DNA of 64,000 nt from positions 32,001-96,000 of IMG/VR virus record IMGVR_UViG_3300028591_005215; one strand, written 5' to 3'. This document shows positions 18,408 through 27,603 of this stretch, piece by piece. The stretch's first letter is position 1. The number at the start of each line of letters is the position of its first letter. The translations under genes and the position numbers were made by a program. The DNA comes from a virus. Its lineage: Duplodnaviria > Caudoviricetes. The notes beneath the pieces were generated by a model. It saw only the letters and a program-made list of their open reading frames with translations. It did not search any database and had not been told where the DNA came from.

Positions 18408-19145
18408 CTATATTTCATAGTTTCCATTCATCATAGCTTGTTCGTTTTTTCGTCTTTCAATATGACCTTTTTGGTATACCCTTGTTTCACTAACACAAGA
18501 AATTGCTTGCTTAATTTTTCCACTTTTTAAAAGTTCATAAAATCTTGTTGTTTTTATTCCTCGTTCACCACAATTATAAATTAATGATGCAAGACCATCA
18601 ACAAAATCTTGACTAACATATACTTTATTAGCTGATAATTCATCGGTGATTCTAACAAGTGCAGGATTAATGAATTCATTCATATCTTTTTCAAATAATT
18701 CATCTGCATCTTTTTTTGATATCCAATCACCTACCTTTTTATTTCTCAACCATTTAGGGTCTTTTGAATTTATTTTATGACCCCAGCCTAAAGTTATACC
18801 ATTAACATCCCAATAAGCTCTTCTTGACAATGTTTCAGTACTTTTAATGAATGCCATTCCATTTTTTGAAATGTGAACTTTTTCAACTGTTTTTTGCTTT
18901 TTTACATCGTTATTTTTACCTACATTATTTGCAATACGTTGCTCATTTATTTTTTTATGTTCTTTAGTAATTATTTTAGTCTTAATATACCCTGAAGGCA
19001 TAGGATTCCCAAAGAGCGTTGATGTACCTATGATGCCCCAAAAAAGTAAAGAACATTTTATATTATCTTTAATCTTCTTTTTGGTATTATAAATGCTTAT
19101 TGCTCTTTTAGCAGTAGGATTATTTTTTACTAAATTATTCATCAT
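18408..19145 (-). CDS. phage lysozyme (GH24-like endolysin) with N-terminal hydrophobic segment
   Basis: E-x8-D-x4-T (ETLSRRAYWDVNGIT), GWGH, DGLASLIYNCG, GHIERRKNE. Confidence 0.85.
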   Translation of the reverse strand: MMNNLVKNNPTAKRAISIYNTKKKIKDNIKCSLLFWGIIGTSTLFGNPMPSGYIKTKIITKEHKKINEQRIANNVGKNNDVKKQKTVEKVHISKNGMAFIKSTETLSRRAYWDVNGITLGWGHKINSKDPKWLRNKKVGDWISKKDADELFEKDMNEFINPALVRITDELSANKVYVSQDFVDGLASLIYNCGERGIKTTRFYELLKSGKIKQAISCVSETRVYQKGHIERRKNEQAMMNGNYEI

Positions 19146-19230
19146 GTCAAAAATTGGTTATAACGGCAATATAATATAATTATTCTGTTATTGAAAATAT
19201 TTATAGTTAATAAAAGTTAAATAAAATAAT

Positions 19231-19542
19231 ATGAATTTTTTAAGGTCTTTAATTAACATAAACTCCGCTGATAGTAGCAGAAGTTTTACGCTTGTAGTTT
19301 CAAGTTTTATATCAATTTTAATTGGTGTTATAATTTGTTTTGCAATTGTATGGGATGTAATACACAATGATTACATAAAAACTGATATGGAAAACGTAGG
19401 AATCTTTATGCTATGCCTTGGTGGTTATGTAGCAGGTAGTTCTGTCAGTAAAGTTTTCCCAAATAAACTAAAAGGAACAAAAGCAGGTGAATATATGGAA
19501 GCAATTGAAAATAATGATAAAGAAGAAATTAACCAAAATTAA
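19231..19542 (+). CDS. two-TM membrane protein, holin candidate
   Basis: Two hydrophobic helices, charged C-terminus, next to the lysozyme. Confidence 0.55.
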   Translation: MNFLRSLININSADSSRSFTLVVSSFISILIGVIICFAIVWDVIHNDYIKTDMENVGIFMLCLGGYVAGSSVSKVFPNKLKGTKAGEYMEAIENNDKEEINQN

Positions 19543-19688
19543 CAAAAATAATTTGCTTTATAAAATTTAATTTTGTATATTTGGTGTACGTATAAAGAAA
19601 AGAAGCAAAAGAAATAAATAATAATATATTATATATAATAATCTATATAATATTATATAATATATATTATTAATATAATAATAAAATC

Positions 19689-20129
19689 ATGAAAAAATAT
19701 TTGTTATTTTTAGTTAGTATTTTCTATATAGTTATAGGACTTACTTCATGCTCAACAACTTTTGGAAGCACTGATGATGAATACCAAAATAGTAGTTTTG
19801 ACATAAGCATAGTACTTTCAAATGGTACTCCATATTATTACAATAATAGGCTGAATTATTACTTGTATAACGGGGTCTACTATTACCCACTTTTCTACAA
19901 TGGCTATTGGTACTATCGTGGGTATACAAGACCTTTTGCAAGAGGGTACTATCCAAGATTTGATTATCGGACAGGTTATAGATACGTTCCAAGAAGAAAT
20001 ACATTCTTTAGAAGAAGACCATATGTTAATTACCAAAGAATTAATAGGCTTCCACGAAAAAGAAGGGATTATGCAAATAGAATTTTTGGCGGTAATCATA
20101 TGCATAGACCAAACGGTTGGTATAGATAA
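19689..20129 (+). CDS. Tyr/Arg-rich lipoprotein
   Basis: Lipobox LTSC after a hydrophobic signal sequence. Confidence 0.7.
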   Translation: MKKYLLFLVSIFYIVIGLTSCSTTFGSTDDEYQNSSFDISIVLSNGTPYYYNNRLNYYLYNGVYYYPLFYNGYWYYRGYTRPFARGYYPRFDYRTGYRYVPRRNTFFRRRPYVNYQRINRLPRKRRDYANRIFGGNHMHRPNGWYR

Positions 20130-20133
20130 TATT

Positions 20134-20164
20134 AAAGGTGAATCTTAACTGATTCACCTTTTTT
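20134..20164 (+). terminator. intrinsic terminator
   Basis: aaaggtgaatc/gattcacctttttt. Confidence 0.75.
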
Positions 20165-20224
20165 GTTTTTATGTGCTATTTAATATTTATAGATAAATTA
20201 TAATTTTTATAAAAATATTATATA

Positions 20225-21940
20225 ATGGCTAATAATATAAATATGTCAGCTAGAGTAAAAATGGTATATAGTGATAAAACAAATGCTATATATTTCAATG
20301 TGCATCTACCTGATGAATCTAAAATACAAGATATAGTAGACATATTAGATGATGAAAATTTTATTGCTAATTTAATGTCAAGCATAGACTCAAAAACAAA
20401 TCAAACTGTTAGGGAAAAAGGTGCTTATGAGGTTATTTTTCCTGCTTTAGATAAAGACGGTAAATATAACATTAAAATACCAAGGGATGGTAAGCCTGAA
20501 GACTGGGTACCTATAGATTGGGAAGAGTTTATGGATGATTATGCAGAGGATAAAAGCATTTTAAATGAATTATTTGACGTTATCGAAAGGTATGGATATA
20601 CTGTTAATCCATATGATAAAAAAATGGCTTCATCTACACCATTTGTTATCGAAAAAACGATAGAAGCGTTAAATCAACCAATTAACGAAAATATGGCTAA
20701 TATGGCCGAAGCTATTTTTGCAAATATTCATAATCCTGAAATACAAAAAATGTTAAATGGAATTAGAATAGCATCAGATTCCGTAGATGATATGCAAAAT
20801 AGCATAGGTAATGCGGAATTTGGTAGTGCTAAGTATATTTTAGCAACGAAAGCGTTAAGTGAAAAAAATACAGTGTGGATTCTTTCTCAATGGTTAACTT
20901 ATAATAGACCAGGTGCGCCAACTTTGATTGCCACATCAAATCAATGGAATGAAATTGGGTGTGAAGTTGTTAACCCAAATTATCCATTAAGAGCACGTAA
21001 GCCATATAGTTATAATGGTAATGAAATGGGTGATGATGAAGCTGAAGCAAAATTAGGTGTTGATAGAGATACAGCGTATAAAATGGATAAAGGTGTTGGA
21101 AAAGCATGGGATAGATTCAGTAGTTTCCAAAGATATAATGATGGGAATTTCACACAAGTTATTTATTGGGACATACAAGATGTACAAGTAGTTGACCAAC
21201 GTCTTTGGCAAGAATTCCAAGAAGATGCCAATATGGAAAATATGTCGCATAAGTTTAATCAAAAAGCGCTTGATTTAATGTCTGATGACGAAAAAAATTC
21301 TATTGGTAATGAAATCAGCACACAGGATGATAATACACAAAACGGCAATGATGATGAAAACATGATAGCTGATAACGCAGTTAACATTGAATTAACAAGA
21401 GAAGCATTATTAGACTTAATAGGTGATAACCCAATATATAGCGACACTGTTAAGCTTATTAAATCACGTCCTGATAATATTAGTGATATATTACGTTCAT
21501 ATTTTATGCACGAACCTAATATTGACCGTGAAAAAAACATTAAATTGAAAAATTCAAAAATTGAAATTTGTAATGGTGCTGTTCAAATGACGTTAAGAAT
21601 TGGTCTTGCAGATGTAAGAAATAAATGGAGAGAAGTAGCTAATAGCTTCAAAGATATACATGAACTTACTGAAATGTATAGTAATGTGGCAAAGGTAATC
21701 AATGCAGTTAAAGCTAAGCAAAAAGAATATGTTATGAAAGAAAATAGGGTGATTAATGAAGGAAATGAATTCACTTTTAACGATTTTTTAAATTGTTTGG
21801 GAATTTCAGAAAATGATTTAGAAAAACAAATTCAACATAATCAACAAATGGCAATGGAACAAAAGCAAATAAAATCCAAATTTTACAAAATGTGGAACAA
21901 AATAATTGAAGCTAACAATTTAAATCATGGGGTTATTTAA
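20225..21940 (+). CDS. hypothetical protein with ArdC-N-like ssDNA-binding domain
   Basis: LSEKNTVWILSQ..PTLIATSNQWNEIGCEV..P...IYWDIQDV resembles the ArdC-N signature; ATATTTAT at 20183. Confidence 0.5.
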   Translation: MANNINMSARVKMVYSDKTNAIYFNVHLPDESKIQDIVDILDDENFIANLMSSIDSKTNQTVREKGAYEVIFPALDKDGKYNIKIPRDGKPEDWVPIDWEEFMDDYAEDKSILNELFDVIERYGYTVNPYDKKMASSTPFVIEKTIEALNQPINENMANMAEAIFANIHNPEIQKMLNGIRIASDSVDDMQNSIGNAEFGSAKYILATKALSEKNTVWILSQWLTYNRPGAPTLIATSNQWNEIGCEVVNPNYPLRARKPYSYNGNEMGDDEAEAKLGVDRDTAYKMDKGVGKAWDRFSSFQRYNDGNFTQVIYWDIQDVQVVDQRLWQEFQEDANMENMSHKFNQKALDLMSDDEKNSIGNEISTQDDNTQNGNDDENMIADNAVNIELTREALLDLIGDNPIYSDTVKLIKSRPDNISDILRSYFMHEPNIDREKNIKLKNSKIEICNGAVQMTLRIGLADVRNKWREVANSFKDIHELTEMYSNVAKVINAVKAKQKEYVMKENRVINEGNEFTFNDFLNCLGISENDLEKQIQHNQQMAMEQKQIKSKFYKMWNKIIEANNLNHGVI

Positions 21941-23312
21941 TAATGTAGTAGAAAACGTATTATGTGAAACTAAAAAGAAAGAAACGTTTAATTATGATTC
22001 CATTCCAGAAAGTGATTTTGTAAATGGCCCTGTGTATGTTTACCATATGACATCAGAAAATAACCTTAAAGGTGGCATTCTTAAATCAGGATGGGAAAGT
22101 TTTTATAATTTGGTTAATTCATATGGCCCTGGTATATATACCACAATATACCCAAGCTTTGACCCAAGAGCTGAAGTTAAAGATGAAAATGGCAATCCAA
22201 ACCCAACATTGGACTATGATGGTGGCACGTCAAGATATAGTGCAAGACGTTGGATTTATGGTGAAAAAGATAACAAAGGTGGTGGACGTGGTAAACCTGC
22301 TGTTATGATTGCTTGTAAAACAATTAATCCAAAACCTTTTTGGAGCTTTGTTATTTTAGATGAAAAAATAGCTAAACAAGTATATAGAAGACATTGGAGG
22401 TTAGAAGACCAACTTAAATTAATATTAGGTGATAAATTATATTCTTATGCCGAAAGAAAATTTGGACATAATTTAATACACCTTTACAATGCAGGAAGGC
22501 GATTAACATATGAAAGGGGTGATGTTGCATATAGCATTGACCATATGCTTTGCAGTGATTTGATGCTTAATAGAAAAATAAAAGGTATTATTTTCCACGG
22601 TCCTGGTGATGGATTTGTTGCAATATTCAGGGACTACAACGCATTACAGCCTTTTGCTGTTAGTGATGATTGTGGACATACATTTAGAGAACTAAATGTT
22701 GAGCATACTTACGAAGAATATAATAATAACAATGTTGACGTTAGAAGTGCTTTAGGTCTTGATAGATTCTTCTTTGTTAAAAAAGACACAATTAAACCTG
22801 AGTATATTGGCAGATTAAAAGGTGTTCCTTTTAAATATCTTAGTAGTGTGTTTTACGGTGATTATGCTATGGTAGGTGATACTGATAATCCGCAAATAAG
22901 AAGAGAAACAATTGGTGGCAGACCTTATAGTTTTATAACAACTGAAAATAAAAATGAATGGAAATGGAACTTTATTTACAAGCCTTTAATTAATTCTTCA
23001 GAAGATTATAATGATATTCTTGTTAGTAAACATATATGGTTTGATACAGTTTCAGAAGTTTGGAATAAGAATACTTGCCTTGTATCTAAAGATAATAAGC
23101 TATATTATATAATAAATAAAAGTGGAACATTCTTCTTATATGATAATAAAGGTATAGAAATAGGCGATTTAGCTAACATAACTGACGCTGATTTAATAAA
23201 CGCAGAAGAAACTAATGATAAGCAAAATGAACCTAAAAATGAGCCCAATAATACTGATAACAAATCAGTTAAGAAAGTAAGACCTAAACGAATATTTGGC
23301 TTAAAAAAATAA
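21927..23312 (+). CDS. ART/PARP-fold-like protein with C-terminal WG-like repeats
   Basis: VYHMT..GILKSG..YGPGIYTT..KGIIFHG..DG; ends KRIFGLKK. Confidence 0.55.
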   Translation: MGLFNNVVENVLCETKKKETFNYDSIPESDFVNGPVYVYHMTSENNLKGGILKSGWESFYNLVNSYGPGIYTTIYPSFDPRAEVKDENGNPNPTLDYDGGTSRYSARRWIYGEKDNKGGGRGKPAVMIACKTINPKPFWSFVILDEKIAKQVYRRHWRLEDQLKLILGDKLYSYAERKFGHNLIHLYNAGRRLTYERGDVAYSIDHMLCSDLMLNRKIKGIIFHGPGDGFVAIFRDYNALQPFAVSDDCGHTFRELNVEHTYEEYNNNNVDVRSALGLDRFFFVKKDTIKPEYIGRLKGVPFKYLSSVFYGDYAMVGDTDNPQIRRETIGGRPYSFITTENKNEWKWNFIYKPLINSSEDYNDILVSKHIWFDTVSEVWNKNTCLVSKDNKLYYIINKSGTFFLYDNKGIEIGDLANITDADLINAEETNDKQNEPKNEPNNTDNKSVKKVRPKRIFGLKK

Positions 23313-23337
23313 AAATCTGAAAAAAGTTAGCCCAAAA

Positions 23338-23369
23338 TTTGGTTCTAACTTTTTTTTATTATATATTTG
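23338..23369 (+). promoter_or_regulatory. host-type early promoter
   Basis: TTTG-N20-TATATTTG with an upstream AAAAAAGT element; the -7 box also occurs at 25469, 26603, 27570, 40117 and 51473. Confidence 0.7.
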
Positions 23370-23447
23370 CATCGTTACAAATGACGAACACAATGAATGT
23401 TATGTAACATATTATATATTTTTAATATTTAAATTTTTCAGATTTTT

Positions 23448-23984
23448 ATGAAGACTAAAATTTTAGTAGCAGAGATTCCATTCGGTGAATCAGTAGAGAG
23501 TGTTTTGGATAGTATTCTTCGTGATACTATTGTAGATGCACCACGTGGTTTTAATTCACGTACCACTCGTACCGCATTTACACCTAATCGTCAATCACGT
23601 GTTAAGCATTGCACTTTTGGTAATGCATTTGATGAAGACTTTAGCGTTTCACGTGAGGTTCGTTTTGATGAACCACTCCCAGCTTGGGGTGTAGCAGGCA
23701 AACCTGCTGACAATAACAAGGTATTCGGAGCAGGGTTCCATATTGATGAACCTGTAATTGAAAACTATGCATTTGGTGACGAATGGAAATTCGAATCAGA
23801 CAAGGAAGCATTTGACCGCTTCGTAGATGCAGGTGAAGATTGTGTAGCACGTGGTTTGGCACGTCCAGATGGTGTTACTGAGCATCGTGTACAGGCTATT
23901 CGTAAGAGAATTCAGGATGGACCTGCTTTTCCTCACGAAACTGGTGGTAATGAATTGATTGGTGAAAGCCATATTTGGCGATAA
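23448..23984 (+). CDS. hypothetical protein, probably a highly expressed early gene
   Basis: Higher GC, strong CGT/GGT codon bias, own promoter and terminator (about 24000-24035). Confidence 0.8.
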   Translation: MKTKILVAEIPFGESVESVLDSILRDTIVDAPRGFNSRTTRTAFTPNRQSRVKHCTFGNAFDEDFSVSREVRFDEPLPAWGVAGKPADNNKVFGAGFHIDEPVIENYAFGDEWKFESDKEAFDRFVDAGEDCVARGLARPDGVTEHRVQAIRKRIQDGPAFPHETGGNELIGESHIWR

Positions 23985-24086
23985 ATCAATTAAAACATAA
24001 ATAAGGCGTACTTTAATCAGTATGCCTTATTTTTTTTTATATATTGTAATTGTGAACAAGAATCTTCACTCAAATTATGAAATAAT

Positions 24087-25412
24087 ATGGAAACTTTTAG
24101 AGATATAGAAAATGATGGTAGACTTTTGTATAAATACACAAGGGGTTCTACTTTATATAATCTAAACACACCAGATAGCGATTTAGATGAAGGTGGACTT
24201 TATATTCAAAGTAAAAATAGTTTTTTAGGGCTTTCAGATATAGAGTTCAAAGGACAAGTTTCTGATGAAAGGAACGATACTACGTGGTATGAAGTAGGTA
24301 AGTTTTGTGGTATGCTTTTATCTTCAAACCCAACAGTGTTAGAAGCATTGTTTACACCTGAAGATAAACAACTATTAAAACCAAACAAAGTTTTAACGCC
24401 TTTATTTGAGAACAGGGATTTGTTTATAACAAAAGATTGCTTCAAACCTTTTGTTCAATATGCGATTGAACAAATACATAAGGCAAGAGGATTAAATAAA
24501 AAAATTGTTAATCCGATTAATGAAAGAAAATGGCCACTTGAATTTTGTTACACTTTTAGAAAGCAAGGTAGTACAAATGTAACACATTGGCTTGAATACC
24601 GTAACTTGAAACAAGAATATTGTGGCCTTGTTAATATTCCAAATATGCACGATATATATGGCGTTTATTATGATTGGGGCAAATATTTTGAAGATGAAGG
24701 AATTACAGGTGAAGACTTGGTTAAATACTATCATTACCCAAAGGAATATTGGGACACAGCAAAAATTGTAAAATTGCTTAAGGGAGCAAAATCTGAAAAA
24801 GAAAAATCTAATTATGAAAAGATGCTAAAAGGATGCCACCAATACAATATGGCGCATTTTATAGCAGATTTTTATAGTTTCAATGGTGATATTGATGAAA
24901 CATTAATGAAGTTTGCGAAGCAAAAGCCTATTGGCTATCATGGGATAGTAAGTCCAAAATCCAACGAACTTAGGCTATCTTCAGTGTCTAAGGGTGAAAT
25001 GCCTATCTGTTATATATCATTTAATCAGCAAGGTTATACAAAGCATTGCATTGAGTATAATGAATATCAAAAATGGGTTAAATTCAGAAATCCTAAAAGG
25101 TATGAAAGTAACCTTAAAAAGAATTATGACTCAAAAAATATGATGCATTGTATTAGACTTATCACAATGGGCCAAGAATTAGCTGAAGGTAAAGGACTTA
25201 TTCTTGATAGACGTATTGCTGGCGATAGGGACTTTTTAATGGATATAAGGAATCATAAATTTGAATATGATGAATTAATAGCAATTGCAATAGAAAAAGA
25301 AGCAAAAATGAAAGAAGCTATTGCTAAATCTACATTAGCGGAACATATCAATAAAGACTTAATTAATGACATTCTTATAGATATAAGAAAAAATATGTAC
25401 AAAATGCAATAA
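24087..25412 (+). CDS. DNA polymerase beta-superfamily nucleotidyltransferase (RlaP/PF10127-like)
   Basis: RGSTLYNLNTPDSDLD, NPTVLEAL, YDSKNMMHCIRL. Confidence 0.85.
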   Translation: METFRDIENDGRLLYKYTRGSTLYNLNTPDSDLDEGGLYIQSKNSFLGLSDIEFKGQVSDERNDTTWYEVGKFCGMLLSSNPTVLEALFTPEDKQLLKPNKVLTPLFENRDLFITKDCFKPFVQYAIEQIHKARGLNKKIVNPINERKWPLEFCYTFRKQGSTNVTHWLEYRNLKQEYCGLVNIPNMHDIYGVYYDWGKYFEDEGITGEDLVKYYHYPKEYWDTAKIVKLLKGAKSEKEKSNYEKMLKGCHQYNMAHFIADFYSFNGDIDETLMKFAKQKPIGYHGIVSPKSNELRLSSVSKGEMPICYISFNQQGYTKHCIEYNEYQKWVKFRNPKRYESNLKKNYDSKNMMHCIRLITMGQELAEGKGLILDRRIAGDRDFLMDIRNHKFEYDELIAIAIEKEAKMKEAIAKSTLAEHINKDLINDILIDIRKNMYKMQ

Positions 25413-25512
25413 TATTTGCCGTTAACATCACTTAACATCAAATATTTTCGTTTATGACTTATTTTTAATATATTTGCATCATCAAAACAGCAATTTAAAA
25501 TAATAAAGTAAT

Positions 25513-26559
25513 ATGGGATGCTTTAATTCAAGCGGTTTTTTCAGCCATTTGCCTTTGCAATGTGGTGATGAAATGGTAGCAATAGTTTGCTATGGTTCAT
25601 CAAATGATAAAATAAGTAATCTACCTATTAATTGCAATTCGTCATTAACTCCTATTTGTGCTCCTATATTTGGGAAATACAATGATTATGGCTCAATTCA
25701 AGATGTTATTGATGATAATAATTATATGTTTTTCCAAGACAAGCTTCAGATTAGCATTAATTGGCTTTTTGATTTTCTTCATGATAAAGGTTGTTTAACA
25801 TATAATGATTCAGAATCATATGAAGAAAATAAAGAAAAAGAATATAAAATACATTCTAAAGAGAGCAGCCTAAATAAATATATAATTGAATCTGACATAA
25901 AAGATTTGGAGGATATTGCGAAATACCGTTCAATCCTTGAAAAAATATTTAAAGATTTCTATGGGGATTGGAAAAATCAATACCTTTGTATTATTATGGA
26001 GCGTAAAGATGTTTACAATACTATTGTAAATGCATCATCAAAATATTGTTATTACAGTAAAAAATATATAGAAAATGTTTTTAATGATTTAATATCAAGA
26101 AGTAATGCTATTAAATCGTTATGTAATAAGATAGGATTAAAAACATCAAGCGCTGATTTTTCAATTTTTAATGATAATGAACATTTCAGTAGAATAGAAA
26201 TGAAACTATTCGATATGGCAAATGGATGTGATGAAGAAAAATGGAAAGAATATTTTGCTGAATTTAAAAAATATAAGCAAAGTAGTTTTCCTATAGAATT
26301 CAATTACATTACTTCATTTGGGCAAGAAACGGCAAAAGGGTTTGATTTATATAATGATTTTGAGCATGATTGGAATGGTATTAAAGATAATCTAATTGAT
26401 TTTTGTTTATTCGCAAAAGCACTTAATGCTATTGGTGCTAAATTTGAATTATCTTCATATAGTGGGCAAGACACATTTTATAAAATGAACAAAGAAATAT
26501 TAGAATCAATGCTTGATATTGTAACGAAAAAGATTAATAAAGAAGTTGATGAAGAATAA
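25513..26559 (+). CDS. hypothetical protein
   Basis: 348-aa ORF, MGCFN...PIFGKYNDYG N-terminus, host-type promoter upstream. Confidence 0.8.
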   Translation: MGCFNSSGFFSHLPLQCGDEMVAIVCYGSSNDKISNLPINCNSSLTPICAPIFGKYNDYGSIQDVIDDNNYMFFQDKLQISINWLFDFLHDKGCLTYNDSESYEENKEKEYKIHSKESSLNKYIIESDIKDLEDIAKYRSILEKIFKDFYGDWKNQYLCIIMERKDVYNTIVNASSKYCYYSKKYIENVFNDLISRSNAIKSLCNKIGLKTSSADFSIFNDNEHFSRIEMKLFDMANGCDEEKWKEYFAEFKKYKQSSFPIEFNYITSFGQETAKGFDLYNDFEHDWNGIKDNLIDFCLFAKALNAIGAKFELSSYSGQDTFYKMNKEILESMLDIVTKKINKEVDEE

Positions 26560-26663
26560 CATTAATTAACATATTATCTTTTTGTTTTCAAGATTTTTTT
26601 AATATATTTGCATTGTAAAATTTAAATAGAAACAATTTTTTTAATAACTTATCTTAAATAAAA

Positions 26664-27494
26664 ATGGTACAAAACAAAGAGCAGCTTCGCCAAGAAGCAC
26701 AGGCTTGGATTGCACAAGCATCACAGGATTTGAGTGGTCGTTTTAACGATTTTATTCGTCAGAGTGAAATTGATGTCGATGAGTTGGCTGACGTGTTAGA
26801 TATTAGTGTTGATACATTAGACTATATCCTACATGGTGATGTTGCCAATATTACAGCGGAAACACTTATTAAGTTGTTCATCGCTAATGATTTGGCGGTA
26901 GAAATTAAACCTGTTAGTGAGACACCTATTGGTAACTTCGGTCCTATGAGTGGTCGTATGCCAATGCCACCACTTGGTACACGCACTCCTATGGGCGTAC
27001 CTATCCCACCAAGAGGTGGATTTGGCCGTAGGCCAGTTGCAGCACCTCAGCCACGTGACGAACACGGACGTTTCGTTTCACGTGCTCGTAAGGCAGCTCC
27101 ATCACCTCAACGTGTAGTACGTAAGGTAGAAGCACCTCGTCAGCATCAAGCACCAACACCTTATGATGGGCTTGATAAAGATGCACTTGCTAATATCATT
27201 AATCGTAATCTTTGGGGTAGTGAAATTGATTTGGTTAATGCCACTAAGCAGCAGATGGTTAATTTCCTCATTGATAAGGAACGTGCATTTGCTGAGGTTG
27301 AAAGTCAGCAATCTCCACGTCAGAATGAGCCACGTAAGCAACAGGAAGCACCACGTGCTGAAACCCGTCAAGCACCTCAGTCTAATGGTAATGTAAACGA
27401 CCCACGTGTGGCTGGCTTGCTTAATGGAATGCTGAAACTCATTGAGCAGAATCCACAATTGGCTGAGCAGCTTAGTAAGTTTGGACAGAACTAA
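26664..27494 (+). CDS. XRE-like HTH protein with Pro/Arg/Gln-rich disordered region
   Basis: ELADVLDISVDTLDYILHG..NITAETLIKL; CGT-biased codons; own promoter and terminator. Confidence 0.6.
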   Translation: MVQNKEQLRQEAQAWIAQASQDLSGRFNDFIRQSEIDVDELADVLDISVDTLDYILHGDVANITAETLIKLFIANDLAVEIKPVSETPIGNFGPMSGRMPMPPLGTRTPMGVPIPPRGGFGRRPVAAPQPRDEHGRFVSRARKAAPSPQRVVRKVEAPRQHQAPTPYDGLDKDALANIINRNLWGSEIDLVNATKQQMVNFLIDKERAFAEVESQQSPRQNEPRKQQEAPRAETRQAPQSNGNVNDPRVAGLLNGMLKLIEQNPQLAEQLSKFGQN

Positions 27495-27603
27495 GCAAAA
27501 GCTTAAAAAGTATAAAAGGTAGAACAAATTAATTTGTTCTACCTTTTTTGTTATTTAACAATTTTTATATATATTTGCGTCACGATTATTAAAATAAAAC
27601 ATT

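Noticed and set aside
23645-27090. Additional parS-like sequences (GTTTCACGTG at about 23646 and 27075)
   Set aside because: Half matches inside coding sequence, explained by Val-Ser-Arg codons GTT TCA CGT.
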